DNA from: Rhizodiscina lignyota
Taxonomy: Eukaryota
Direction: 5' to 3'
Length of the DNA: 64,000 nucleotides
Assembly (NCBI GenBank): GCA_010015805.1
Contig: ML978128.1
Span: forward strand, 186,001-250,000
The position numbers and the translations under genes were made by a program. Shown here in pieces: positions 45,701-58,655 of this stretch. A model generated the notes under the pieces. The model was given only the letters and a program-made list of their open reading frames with translations, was not told the DNA's origin and did no database searches. Position 1 is the first letter of the stretch; each line of letters opens with the position of its first letter.

Positions 45701-46685
45701 TCTTTGTGATTTCACGACTAATGAACCTGGATTCTTCGACGCGTATCCCAAGACCTTGCTCCTCTTCGTGGTAGCTGCTCGGCCTGTGCGCAGCTTTTCC
45801 ATTAGCTTTGTTCTTCTTGCTCTTCTTCGACTTGCTCGAAGCACTGCCATTCGTCCCATCACGCTCTTCAAATCTCATGACGGTGTATGGTTCCGAATTT
45901 GCCTCGGCGTCTCGTCTCCTTCTCGCGACATCATCCACAGCCTCTTTTGCCATTGTAACAGACACCACAAAGCTCAGTGGTAATATGTATGTGAGAAGGT
46001 ATCCTACTTGCAATGCCGGTATGATTTGCGACAAGGCGATGAGTAGGAAATACATGTTGATAAAGAAGGAGAATTCATTGTATAATGTCTTTGGAAGAAA
46101 GCTCCATGGCGTGTATTTGGCGTTCGATATGGCATTTGGTGGGAATCGCGTCGTCTGACGTTGGCCTACCGCAATCGTCCGGTTCGACGACGGATCGTGC
46201 TCGGCGTCCGCATCGTCTTCGTCGCCCGGCGCGTTGTATTCGGAGTCAACCAAGCCAGGAATATGTAAAAATCTTCCAATTTTCTCCAGGAAAGTCTTCT
46301 CTCGTATCGACATTCGCCTTTGTCGAGGAGCCCCTAACAAAGGCGCATCGTCATCTCCAGTGTCTCCGCTGCCTCCGGAATGCCTGTTGCTATCGTCCTC
46401 GTTCAGGAGCCCCTTTCGGTCCTCCTCATCTCTTCTGTTTAGCTGTCCATAGTCTCCACCCCTCCGAAGTCTACCAACTCTCAAGTTCCTGAGCGGTATT
46501 CGACCCCCAAATTCTCCAAACGGTTTACGGCGAGCATCCTGAGAGGGACGAGCTGAGCGTGAGGGCCCAGCAGGCGATGAGCTAATGGGATCGAGCTCTT
46601 GAAGGTCCAGTTCGAGGTCGGAGTCTTGGTCATCTCCATGAGAATCTGGAGCGTTCGGCTGGTGATAGTGATACGGTTGAGACAT
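42729..46685 (-). CDS. NEO1: P4-ATPase phospholipid flippase Neo1
   Basis: LDGETDWK, PVSLRVNLD, DKTGTLTQN, SSPDE, LTGDKVETA, IGDGGNDVSMIQ. Introns 44791-44746, 43815-43766. Confidence 0.96.
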
Positions 46686-47225
46686 GCTTCATCACGAAAC
46701 AGTCCAGTTGCGGAATGGAGCTGTGAAGGGCCAGGAGGTGGTGAGATGAGTTTTTGGCAGCCGCCTAGGCGATGGAATGCGTATGGCAGTTTTCCGAGCT
46801 TCTCATGACGATTTCGGGAGTGTGTGAGGTGAAAGGTGTCACGAAAGGTGAATTAGGCAGCTTGAATGGTCCCCCGTTCAAGCAACGTTAGCTTACGTGA
46901 CGCCACCCTGCGCGTCTGGCTCTCTCCGCAACCTGGCACTTTTGCATCGCCCTATCTCCGTCTACATATCATCAATTCGCAACCTACTACGCATTCCTCT
47001 TCGCCGAGGGACTGCACTTGATTCTGATTATGGCGCACCGGTCTTGTTCTTGCTAGTCTTTGCGCAAATACACCGATCCCCTTTCGGCGACTTGAAGCAT
47101 TTCGCAGGTACGGCTAGTGATACATCCATCCTACTCAACGCCACTACTTGGAGGCGCTTGCATCTAATGTTCAAGTGTTTATAGCATCGCTCGATTGAGC
47201 TTTCTTCTCCGTTGCATCTCTCACC

Positions 47226-50200
47226 ATGGATGACGATGGCCCGAACTTCTCGTATGCGTACGGCGGCGCCGCATCTTGGAATCCGGCCCTACGCCCATCA
47301 TCTCCTTTCGTGAACGCGCCCAATGCGAAAGGAAAACAAGAAATGGGTGGAAGCGAAGTGGTACCAGAAACCGAGGCCAAAAATGAGCAGGCATTTGCTC
47401 ACAATCGCTCGCAGCCGGAGGTGGAAGCCTCGAATTGGGATGACTATCCTACCTTTTCAAACCACAGAGCAGCGCCGGTTGTTGAAGCTAAGGCACCACC
47501 GGAAGCTTCTATCGATGCGGAACCCCCTGTACACAACTTTACTGCGCCCTCCGAGATACCTGTAGATGCACCTGCGGAGGATCATGCGATGCATGAGGCG
47601 GATGAGGAACAGCCCGAAGTTTCCCAAGCAGCCTCTTCCAATGCCGCTATTCCTGAACCTGGAGCGACGGAATCGTCTTCTTATACTCCATTATATCCCG
47701 AATCAACTGCGCAAGGTTCTGTTAATACGATCGAGCCACCTGTCGAAGAACATACGGCGGAGGAGAATTACGAGCATCAGGGGGAGAGCACTTTCTTCGA
47801 CGATGCGGTCCAGGAAGATGTCCACGAGTCGCTAGTTGAGAACGATGCAAAGGCGATGGATTGGGGCGAAGGGGAGGCTGATTTCAATATACCCACGAAT
47901 GAGACGAAAGCTGCAGCCGAAGCCGTTGCATCGGAAGCGGTTCCTACTGAATCGATTGAGGCTCACCCGGTAGAAGAGGCGGCCAATGTTGTTGACGAAC
48001 CATCGATAGACTGGGGTGCTTCTGATGATCAGGGATTGTCTTTCGAGGGCACAGGGCAAGTAGAATCGGATGAGGCAGACTTGAGTGCTGCTTTCGCTGC
48101 AGCCGTCAACACAGATACGACACCGGACGCGCTTGGAATCAGCGAAGGTGATAGTAATGTTGTAGAGACCAACGAGACGCCGAAGGAGGCAGATGTGGCT
48201 GCGTGGGAAGCAGCTCTTGGAGATGATGAGCTGCTAGAGGATGAAACTTCTGCTGGACCTGCGTTCTTCGAAGATGACGGTGAAGGCTTCCTAGAAGACT
48301 TGTCTGCTCAACCAACTGCATCTGCACAAGCAGATCAACCTAGCGCTGTCACTTCAGCTGTCACGGCGCCAGGTGTCTCAAACGCCACTGCGGCAAGATA
48401 CTCGCCAGCTCCTGCACAGGGACCGCTTCAAACACAGAATAACCCTTATGCTCCCCAAGGCCCTCAGTTCACAGACTTTTCGCAACTAAACCAGGCTCAA
48501 ACATCGCGGATTGCAGCATCTAATCAGTACCCCCAAACTTCACCGTACGCCACGCAGCAGCAGCAAGTTCGTCCAGCAGCTCAGAGCTCTGGCCAAAGCT
48601 TTTCCGACAAAGCGAAATCTGGTTATGCTTCACCATATGATCTTCCAGAGGACATCTCAAAACCACGAAGAAGGCAAGGAGGCACAGGCGCTACTCGACA
48701 GGTGCAGCCGACACCTCCCCCCCCTCCGCCGCGGACCAGCAGCATCGGAAGTACTATGGGAGCAGAGATGGCCCGATCTTTGTCGTCAACCTCAGGAGGC
48801 TATCCTCAAGCTCAAGCGCGGCCTCCATCCAGTGGCTCTACTTCTGCTTACCAGCCTGCAGCAGCGCGAAAGCCTTCAATTGAGAGGTCCCCTAGCATAT
48901 CCAAATCTGGGGGCGAGGGCTTTTTTGCAGATCTACCGGTCGTTTCGCGTCCTCGCCATGGTACGCCATCTGGACGATTTACTCCACAGATGAGTGCTCA
49001 GCCCCAGTTTCCACATGGTCCTCCGGGGCCTCCCACTCCATCAACGATGCCTCAACAGATCAATGCCCAACCTCAGTTTCCATCTGGTCTTCCTGGCCTT
49101 CCCACTCCGCCAATGATGTCTCAACAACAACAGCCAGCATTTGATCCCTATGCAAATCAGCTACGTCAGCCAGAACTTGCGCCACTCTACCCTGATGCAT
49201 CAACCGCTGCTCCACAGCATTTACCACAGCCTGTAGCTCCCTCAAACCGTTATTCTCCGGCTCCCGGTGCGGCTCCAGGTGCAACCACGTCAGCAGCCGG
49301 CCCTCCATCTGCACAGAGATATTCCCCAATGCCTCCAGCACAAGCGGCACCTACGGCAGGACCTAATCGCTACTCCACGGAGGCAGTAGCCCCTCCTCGT
49401 GCTCCTTCATTTCCTTTTGCTCCCAGGACATCAAGCCCTCTTGCACACTTTACTTCTCAATTACCAGAAGAAAATTTGCAGAGTCAGAAACCCTTGCCTC
49501 AACTGCCACAGCAACCGAACTATCAATCGCCACCTCAGCAAGTTCACAACGATCCAGGTCAACCGCAACAGAACGGTTTTGCAACAGCTATCCCTCCCTA
49601 TGGAGTAAAGCCGACAATAACCCCACCTCCAATTACCCAAGTACCTCAGGCCGTTTCACCTCGCAAGCGATCTACCTACACACCAACAGGACAACTACCA
49701 CCTGTGTCTGAACAAGGTGTCGCTCCTCCACCACGTGCGCAAAGCCAATCTCCCGGCGCTCGATATCGTAATCCAAAGCTCGCAATTACTCCCATCGATC
49801 GGCCAGCATCTGCGTACGATCTTCCTTCTCCAAAGCGTGCTGCAGCCCAGCCCGTTCGAACATTCTCGCTTCCGCACCGGCGAGGCTATTCACGAGATTT
49901 AAACTTCATGACGCCGCAAGACGAGCGTATAGCTGATCCTCTGGAACGCTGGAAGGGCTGTCCTATCTTCTCTTGGGGTGCTGGCGGACATACAGTTACT
50001 TCTTTCCCCAAACACGTCCCCTTCTACGGTAGCGGTCAGACCGCTCCAATGGTCAAAGCTACCGCAGGAGAAGTCAAATTACAAAATGTGAAACAGGTTC
50101 TACCTGCAGACAACGTTCTCTCTGGCTTCCCTGGCCCACTCAAAAAGGGAAAGAAGAAGGAAGTTATCACTTGGCTGAAGAATGCTATTGGAATGCTAGA

Positions 50201-53123
50201 GGCACAACTGCCAGGCCCACAACATCCAGGAACATCTCCGCACATGGATTTCAAAAGATCTGAGGAGAAATTGCTCTTATGGAAAATTGTACTATGTCTC
50301 GTTGAGCATGATGGCGTCTTAGAGGGAACTCCAGCTGTGCAAGAAGCAGTACAACAGGCCCTACAATCTCAAGGGGGACTTCTGCAAGGCGCACCATTCC
50401 TTGGAACACCTGTCGAGGGTCCAAGAGCGGCAAGCTCGGCGTCATCATATCCAATCTCTGCAGACGCGACCAATCCACAAGCCGTGGCTATAATCCGTGA
50501 ACATCTTTCAAAAGGCGATCGCGAAAAGGCGGCTTGGATGGCAGTCGATGAAAGACTCTGGGGTCATGCAATGCTCATTTCTAGCACACTCAGCAAGGAT
50601 ATTTGGAAACAAGTTATCCAAGAATTCGTGCGAAAGGAGATTAAGGGCGTTGGAACCGGCAGTGAATCATTGGCCGCACTATACGAAGTTTTTGCGGGTA
50701 ATTGGGAAGAAAGTATCGATGAGCTTGTCCCAGCCTCTGCAAGAGCTGGCTTCCATATGATCAATACTGCTGATCCTGCGGGCTCCAACAAAGATGCAAC
50801 GAGCGGACTTGACAAGTGGAGAGAGACGTTGCTCTTGATACTGAACAACCGTTCACCGGACGATACGCAGGCACTGCTCACCCTTGGAAAGCTGCTTGCT
50901 GGATACGGCAGAATCGAGGCAGCACATATCTGCTACATCTTCGCACGGCAGATTGTATACTTTGGCGGAGCTGAGGATCCACAGGCACAAATGACCCTCA
51001 TTGGAGCAGACCCAAGAGTTCATGTGGACTTTGGGAAAGACATGGAGTCTGTCCTCCTCAGTGAGGTGTACGAATTTGCCTTGTCTATGGGAACGTCTAC
51101 ATTGACGGCAATCCCCCATCTCCAAGTCTACAAATTGTACCATGCCTTTGCTCTTGCCGAAGCAGGCTTCAAGAATGAGGCACAGCAGTATTGCGATACA
51201 ATCGCAACACTCATCACCTCCAAGACAGCCAGGTCGCCATACTATCATCAGCAATTCGTCAACATGCTTGATGACCTTGGCAAACGTCTTAGCCAAGCAC
51301 CTAGCACATCGTCATCTTCCTGGATCTCGAAACCGAGCGTGGACAAAGTATCTAGCTCTCTCTTCGCCCGATTCAACAATTTCGTTGCAGGCGATGATAG
51401 CGACGCTGCCAGCAATGGCTCAGGTCAGAACACCGAAGTTGGTCCGTTTGCAAAGATTGCAGGCGACACACCTACCATCAGTCGCAGTGGAAGTCACGCT
51501 GATTTGTACGGCTCTTTTACCAATGGTGCAGCAGTTCCTCCAGCTACACAACAAGCACCTGTCAATTCAAGATACGCTCCTACCAATGCAAGTTCCACCA
51601 GCTATCAACCGCGGTCATCCCTGGATCAGGCGAGATACGGTCCACAATCTTCCAGGACGTCACTTGAATCGACTAGACCAGGCGAATCAGCCCACAGCCC
51701 TGGGTCATCAGAGTATGGTCCGTACGCTTCGGTTCAAGCACATCAGATACAGGCAAGCGCCTCCAATCCCAACCTGCACGCTCAACTGCCTCCTACCTAC
51801 AGCCCGCCGCAGCAACGCTCTTATGCACCGTCCCTTCCAAGAGCATCAAGCTATCAAGGTGCATCAGGCGTTAACGGCCAAACTACGTCATCTCTAGCAC
51901 CGCAAGGTGCATACACTCCTCCTCACAATGCATACACCCCAAGTCCTTATCAGCGGACACCGGAGCCGGAGAGCGCGGCGCCCACAATGGCGTATGAGCC
52001 GAGACAACCAAGTCCTCTCCTTGGTAGTCCGCAATTACAACAACCTTCGTACAGCTACGAGCCCCAAGTATCACCGCCAGAAGAGCCGAAACCTCACGAA
52101 CCGCCTGCTATCGAGTCACAGCCAGCAATTGCTCCTTCAACCTTTGACGGCCCTCCTCAGGCTTCCTCCTACGAATCACCCGCCTCGAGCTACGAGCCAC
52201 CGACGTCTGGCTATGAGCCGCCAAGCTATCAGCCGTACGTGCCAGAACCAGACTCGCCTGAAGATGAAAAGAAGGAAGAAAAGCCAAAGAAGAAGTCCTT
52301 CATGGATGACGACGACGATGATGATCTGGCGGCTCGTGCTGCAGCATTGAAGCCGACGCCGAGGGCGAAAGCAGACCGGGAGGTGGACGACGCCTTCAGG
52401 AAAGCAGCTGAGGCTGACGGTAAGTCGCTTGCATATCTCATGCTGATCTACACATTGAAATCTCAATGCTGATGTTCCACAGCTGCCCGAGGCGACCCTA
52501 AACTCCAGCACAAAGGCTCCGGCTGGTTCGGTGGCTGGTTTGGCAAGAAGGACCCTAACCTCCCGCAGTCCGGTCCCATCAAGGCCAAGCTGGGCGAGGA
52601 GAATAGCTTCGTCTACGACCCAGATCTCAAGAAGTGGGTGAACAAGAAGGCCGGCGCACAGGCTGCTCCTGCCGCCGCGCCCACTCCGCCACCACCGAAG
52701 GGCCCGCCAGGTATTGGTCGCAGTACCAGCGGGACACCACCGCCTTCTATGCTCGGGGGCCACATCCCGCCTGGTATCAGGGCTGCATCTGGCCCACCGG
52801 GTGCAATGGCAGGCCCACCGCCGATGTCTGGACCGCCGTCGCGTGTCGCGAGCACGAATTCTGTGCCTATGGCACCTCCTTCAGGTCCACCATCGCGCGT
52901 GGGAACACCAGGATCTTCAGATGCACTGGCGCCGCCTGCTATTATGGGAGCTGCATTGGGAGGACCGCCATCGGGGCCACCGAGCAGACCGGCCACAAGC
53001 ATGAGTAACGCGAGCAGTATTGATGATTTGATTGGACCGGCTGCGGCGAGGAAGGGTGGAGCAAAGAAGAAGGGAGCAAGAGGAGGGAGGTATGTCGACG
53101 TTATGGCTAATCAGGGTTCTTGA
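47226..53123 (+). CDS. SEC16: COPII coat assembly protein Sec16
   Basis: DPLERWKGCPIFSWG, FPGPLK, LWGHAMLIS, WRETLLLILNNR, EAAHIC central domain; C-terminal KLGEENSFVYDPDLKKWVNK and RYVDVM. Intron 52420-52482. Confidence 0.95.
48996..49128 (+). repeat. Imperfect 69-nt in-frame duplication inside SEC16
   Basis: AQPQFPHGPPGPPTPSTMPQQ / AQPQFPSGLPGLPTPPMMSQQ; units start at 48996 and 49065. Confidence 0.8.
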
Positions 53124-53519
53124 AGAAAGAGAAGATGGTGGATTGAACGTGACGAATGGATGAAGGAAGATTTCGTGGCATATGTATTATACATGTTTGG
53201 AGAAAGAAATTATGTTTAGGGTAATGATGTTGAGAGGAGGATATTGCATCGGCGCTGGCGTTCGAAATTGGGAGAGGTCATAAGACATAATTAATACTTT
53301 GCCATTCGACAAAGCGAGCATATCGATCTAGAAGCGTATAATAGAAGCGGCAGGATGGGAAATGGATACAATTTCCGCTTCGAACGATTACACGCGCATC
53401 TAAAAGTCCCACATAATCTTTCCAATCATCAAAGCCCGATTAACGCCACGCACAACGCCCCGCTAGCCAGTCTCTTCCATCTCATCTAGACGTTCCAAAT
53501 TTGCGCCTCAGCGGTATCA

Positions 53520-55598
53520 TCATAACATCACAAAACCAATAACTCCCAGCACCAGCGCTAACATAGAGCCTAAGCTGAAGGCATGTTTTCCCGCTGCGCT
53601 AACGATAAACACGCTGCCCGGCAGATTGCAGAACTTAGCAGGCCCATAGCTCCTCTGCAACATCCTCCCTTGGGGGCACGTGAATCCCATGCTCGCCGGA
53701 CAGTTCCGCACAAGGTTGTAGCACAGATCATCGCACGGCAAGAATTCCATGTACGGGCCTGGAGCTACCACCTGGTCGATTAGCGGTAGGCGGGAGCTAT
53801 TCGCATAGAGCTTCATTGTGATGTTCGACGATGACGTGCCATTCAGGCCAAGGCCTGGCGCGGTCTTGTTTGAGAAGCTCGCGCCGACATTCCTCGGCAT
53901 CAGCGCTTTGTTGTTGATGATTGGCGATCCACCATCTACCAAAATCTGGCGGGTGGCGTCCGCGTCGAAGTCCTCGCAGCGCGGGATAGCCACTGCACAG
54001 AGCCATTCTTTGTATGAGGCGGCACAATCGTCACAGCCTGCGACGAGGGAGTAGCGCGCGGTATCCGTGGTATTGCAGGGGATTTGTTGCATACTCCGAT
54101 CGAAGTCTTGGTAGTACGCTTGCGCCGTTTGGTCGTAGAATTGGGACAGGTTGCCGTTGAAAGGGGCAGAGGTGTTGCTGGTGAAGTTGGTGGACGAAGG
54201 AACGGCGTATGCAATGGAAGAACAGAATGGGAGGTCGAAGAGGAGTTCGCAGTTGTTATCTATTGAGAAACCCCCTTGTTAGATTGACACTCTGCCGCTG
54301 GATCGAACGAAGGCTATTATGAATCGAAACATCTCAAAGCACTCACTGGACTTCGTTTGGACTTTCATATTCGGAGGCCAAACCGCGCCACCCCCGCCGA
54401 CAACGGGGCTCCCGTTACTCCCATTAGCAGTGGAGTTGCCGTCCATGACCATGAAAGCCGTGTAAGTCGTCCCGCTCTGCAAGTTCTGCAGATAGAATTG
54501 GCCCTTTGGCAGACCAACATCTCCTCTCGTGGTAATGTTTTGGGTGGAGTTGATGGGAAACTGCAAAGACGCCTGTTGCAGTCCACAATACGAGTGCTGA
54601 AGACCGCTGACGACCGAGGCATTGGGGAATGCGAACAAGGTGAAAGGGTTACCCCTTTGGATCCAGCGTTCCTTGAGCCCAGTGTCATTCATATTGGCCG
54701 TTAAGTTGGTGGTGACTAGTAAAGCTCTGCTTGTATCTGAGTCAACAAACTGTAGAATCGGCGTATTGGGGCCGGCATTGATATTGTTAAAGCGGTGGTA
54801 TGGAGCATCGATGCTAGCAGCGATTTCATAGTGCCAGTCGTCATTGCTCGCAAAGGTCAGATTCGGAGCATATACACCTATGAAGAGGTCAGAAGAAGCC
54901 TGTACGGTCGCTTCTGCAAAACCTTCCAGGAGGGGTACGGGGGTCTGTTGCGCCTCCGGCTTTGTCGGACCAGGCATGACATTTGAAGTGGATTGTGAGA
55001 TGTAAAGGGTCAGTTGTGGAATGTCCACGTGTGAGGTCCTATTGGGCTTCGGCTGTAGGCAAGTATTGATCGAGATGAATACCGTCCTCGTGTCACCAGA
55101 GTCGTCGGTCTCCGTAATGTTGGTGTTTCCAAACTGTTCAAACGGTATCGACGGCAGACCCTCGCCAGGAGCAGACTTGTTGCCGAATATCACAGACTTC
55201 TCCACTTGATAGAAGATGGGAGTCCCAGGCTTGACGTCCTGTGGAACGGCAACATTGTTGATCAGAGGCGTGTGGCTCCCCAGGGCGCGGCCAATAAGGC
55301 TTCTATCTGCACCGATAAAGTCCGCCTCATACAATATGGCATTCTGATCTGAATTCATTTCGTCCCATCTTTCTTGACTATCTAGACTCTGGACTTCCAG
55401 GTCGTATTCGCCTCCTGATAACCGGTGGTGGTTGTGGTCTGCTTTCGGTATTGAGTCGGGGACGACATCGACGGCGAGAGCGACATGGCAGGAGAGGATG
55501 AAGACGAAGGAGACCAGGACGGTCGCGAAGGTGAAGAGAGATGATGGAAATGATATGCGGGAGCGGGAGGGTCGGGACGAATACATGGTGGAGGCCAT
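53520..55598 (-). CDS. MID1: Calcium channel subunit Mid1
   Basis: Signal anchor, many NxS/T sites, FISINTCLQP, FVDSD, HSYCGL; Cys-rich C-terminus (MQQIPC, CDDCAASYKEWLCAVAIPRC, LPCDDLCYNLVRNCP). Intron 54346-54260. Confidence 0.92.
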
Positions 55599-56534
55599 TT
55601 GCGACTTATCGTCGCGAGTTGACGCGGCACTGCCGCGACATATGCGCGGAATCTATGACCAGTTCAGGCGGTTAAGAGGCATTAGGAGGCTTGAGGGTTG
55701 TAGCGACACTGTTGAAGGCACGATGGAAGATAATTTGAAGCGCTGGAAGAAGTCTGGGGAGAAGGCGGAGCTTCTGACGCGGGCGCGGAGTGGTTGACGT
55801 TTGAGGTTTGAAGATCATGCAAGCACCACGGGTAGGGCTGACTTTCCGCACCACCGAAATCTTCACCACTGCCATAACTTTTCACTTTCTCTCCGGAGTA
55901 TGATCTAACTCCCTCTCAACATGAAAGGCTCTTTGAACAGCTTCAGCAAATCATCGAATGGAAGCTTAATATACAGGTGACTCAATGCCCTGTAGAAAAA
56001 GGCTTTGGAGAATACATTCCTCCGCGACCAGTCCTTGAGGACTTCGTCTGTCACGGATCCTTCAGGTTTGGAGCATCAACCAGGAGAGCACGTGCATGCT
56101 GGCCGATGCCAGGCTATAAGATATCTTCGATACACAACTTCATACACTCTCTACACTTTACGTCAATGCTTTGCTTACATTCTGGTTCATACCACCCCGT
56201 TCATCATCTCTGCTAGACACACGAAGAGCCTGGTGCATTCTCTGCGCTGACGAGACAGAGGGGCATTGATTTATGTTCGTGTCTGAGCAGACAGAAGCAT
56301 AAGAGGCGTAGAGATGTGGTCGCTTTGTCTACCACGCCGTACTAGGGTTCGCTGAGCGAAGACTGAAGTTTCGAACGCCGCGTGTACTGGTCGCGGAGAG
56401 TGAGACCGCTGAGGAAAGAGCTTCGTTGATGCGCTCGAACAGCCGAAATAGATTCCGCGATCTCTCTTGGTGCAAATGTCTCGCAATCTAAGTCAGTTAT
56501 GAATCTAGTGGTCGCGGTGACTTTCAAGGCCCAT

Positions 56535-58013
56535 TCAACCTGGGACAGTAGCAGTCATAGCATCGCCCTCCTCCTTCGTGAAGTCAACTGCAGCAGAAAC
56601 CTCGATGAAATCCTCAAGCTCTTCACTGACAGTCTTGAGCTTCTCTTTTACACTTGCCACGCCCTCGAATCCGACGATGTGCCTCGCAGGTGGGTTGTCG
56701 TGGCCTCCAATTGCCGCAAGGGCAAAGACGGTTTCCGCAACCAAGTTCGTTTGCGTGCCTGTTGATAGTGGCGCATAGAGGCTCGTTATCGACGGAGACG
56801 ACAGCAAATCGCCCGTCGTTAGACCTGTGCCCACATCCGCATTGTCACCGGACGTCGTCGTCGTAGATACTGGTGTCTGCACCAAATCCATCATAATCGC
56901 TGTCGTATCTACAGCCGGTGTAGAATGCTGACCGATACTCTGGCTCCGCCTCTTTCCTTCCTCACTTGCAAATTCATCACTAGGCATCACCGCACCCTCA
57001 AGCTTATCTAACAGGCCTGCAAAAATTTCTCTCGAGAAAGGCGCAGGGTTTGTATCTGGCGCATACTCAGCCATAGGCGGTACGCTCGTGATCCGATTCG
57101 TAAGGATTCCAATCTCGATATTTGGCTGGACGACTGTCATTTTGACATTGAACGGCGCAATCTCATACGCTAGGCTGTCGCAATAGCCCTCGATGGCCCA
57201 TTGGCTCGCGCAGTGTGTGGCAAGTCCGGGTGTGCCCAAGTGACCTGTGATTCCGGATAACAGAACAATATGCCCGTTTTTGCGCTCTCGCATTGCCGGC
57301 AAGACTGCTTTGATGAGGTTTACATTGGCGAAGAAGTTTATTTCAAACTGGTCTCTAACCAACATCACTGTTGCGGGCGTTTGCGAGAGCTCTTCGACTG
57401 TGCCAAGGACGGCGGAGGGTGTGGTGAGAAGCAGAATGTCAATGCCCATGCCGAATGCGCTGAGCGCTTCGGCGACGGCTGCCTGCGCCTGTGATACACT
57501 GCTGACATCGAGTGGCACAACGCGTACGCGCTCCTTCCATGGCTTCATCTTTGTATTGGATTTACTGCCTGATGTGCCATTGTGCTTCTTCTCCTTCCCT
57601 TCGCCGACATCAGCCACGTCCTCTCCTTCGCCATTAGTGTCCCCCTTCTCGGCCTCACTCTTCGCAGCTGCATCGAGCAGATTCTCCTCGCTAGAGTCCT
57701 TCGTTTTGTCTTTCTCCTTATTACCTTTTCCCGCACCTTGCCGTCTAATCTCTTCCCAAAACGCCCCAAACTCGCGACCTCTTCGTTCTTCCTTCTCAAT
57801 TTCCCATGGAGATACACATGTTACGACGTAGTCTCCATGAGCAAGCAAATGGCGAGCGAGGTTTATCGAGATTGGGGAGGCGCCATTCGTGAGCAGCCAC
57901 ACGCGTGGTGCATTATGTGGGGGGAATTGGGGCGTTTTTGGAGGTTGGGCTGGGGTATGGACTGGAGCATTTGAGGCGGAAGGGTTCGAGGACGAGGGAG
58001 GAGCGTCGGTCAT
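56535..58013 (-). CDS. Atypical SDR-fold protein with degenerate cofactor and catalytic motifs
   Basis: RVWLLTNGASPIS, DQFEINFFANVNLIKAVLP, HCASQWAIEGYCDSLAYEIAPFNVK; two low-complexity insertions. Confidence 0.85.
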   Translation of the reverse strand: MTDAPPSSSNPSASNAPVHTPAQPPKTPQFPPHNAPRVWLLTNGASPISINLARHLLAHGDYVVTCVSPWEIEKEERRGREFGAFWEEIRRQGAGKGNKEKDKTKDSSEENLLDAAAKSEAEKGDTNGEGEDVADVGEGKEKKHNGTSGSKSNTKMKPWKERVRVVPLDVSSVSQAQAAVAEALSAFGMGIDILLLTTPSAVLGTVEELSQTPATVMLVRDQFEINFFANVNLIKAVLPAMRERKNGHIVLLSGITGHLGTPGLATHCASQWAIEGYCDSLAYEIAPFNVKMTVVQPNIEIGILTNRITSVPPMAEYAPDTNPAPFSREIFAGLLDKLEGAVMPSDEFASEEGKRRSQSIGQHSTPAVDTTAIMMDLVQTPVSTTTTSGDNADVGTGLTTGDLLSSPSITSLYAPLSTGTQTNLVAETVFALAAIGGHDNPPARHIVGFEGVASVKEKLKTVSEELEDFIEVSAAVDFTKEEGDAMTATVPG

Positions 58014-58655
58014 AGTGACCACAGAGAGTGATGGGGTACTAGGAAGCTGTGGTCATAGGGATACATCGTCTTGGTGAAGGACAATTGATTTTACATCTTT
58101 GGATGGAAGTGGAAAGGAGATGTAGGTCTGAGAGGCGCTCGGCTGTTCCCGCCCTCATCACGCGAGCATGGAGGTGTCAAGGTGGTTTGGCCAGCTACTT
58201 GCAAGCTTCTTCCTTCACTTCACGAACAACTAATCCGAGAACTAGCCAGCTGTCTGACTGCGGACATGTACGTTCCTAGAGCTTACAACATCCTGAGACG
58301 CGTAGGAGACGCACCAGACAGGCACCCTCCTTGTCGAGACGGGGAATCTCGCATGGCGTCTGACAACTCGATCCCTGATGCATCCTATCCTCCTCATCCG
58401 TAGATTTGAAGTAATCAATCAACTTCTATAAGTCCCACCAGAAATGGAGGCCTCTCAGAGATGCTTCAGATGCCGAATCGACAACCTTTTGAGAAGAGAA
58501 CATGGACCGCCAAGTGTTGGATGAGCGGCCCAAGTAGCTAATAAGGAAGGTCAACGGCCATCCCCGCCCGCAGGATGCGCTACTAACAGTTCTAAAATCA
58601 AGGACACATCGAAATGTTCTGAATGCTTTTCTCATCGTCTTCTTGAGATCTTGAC

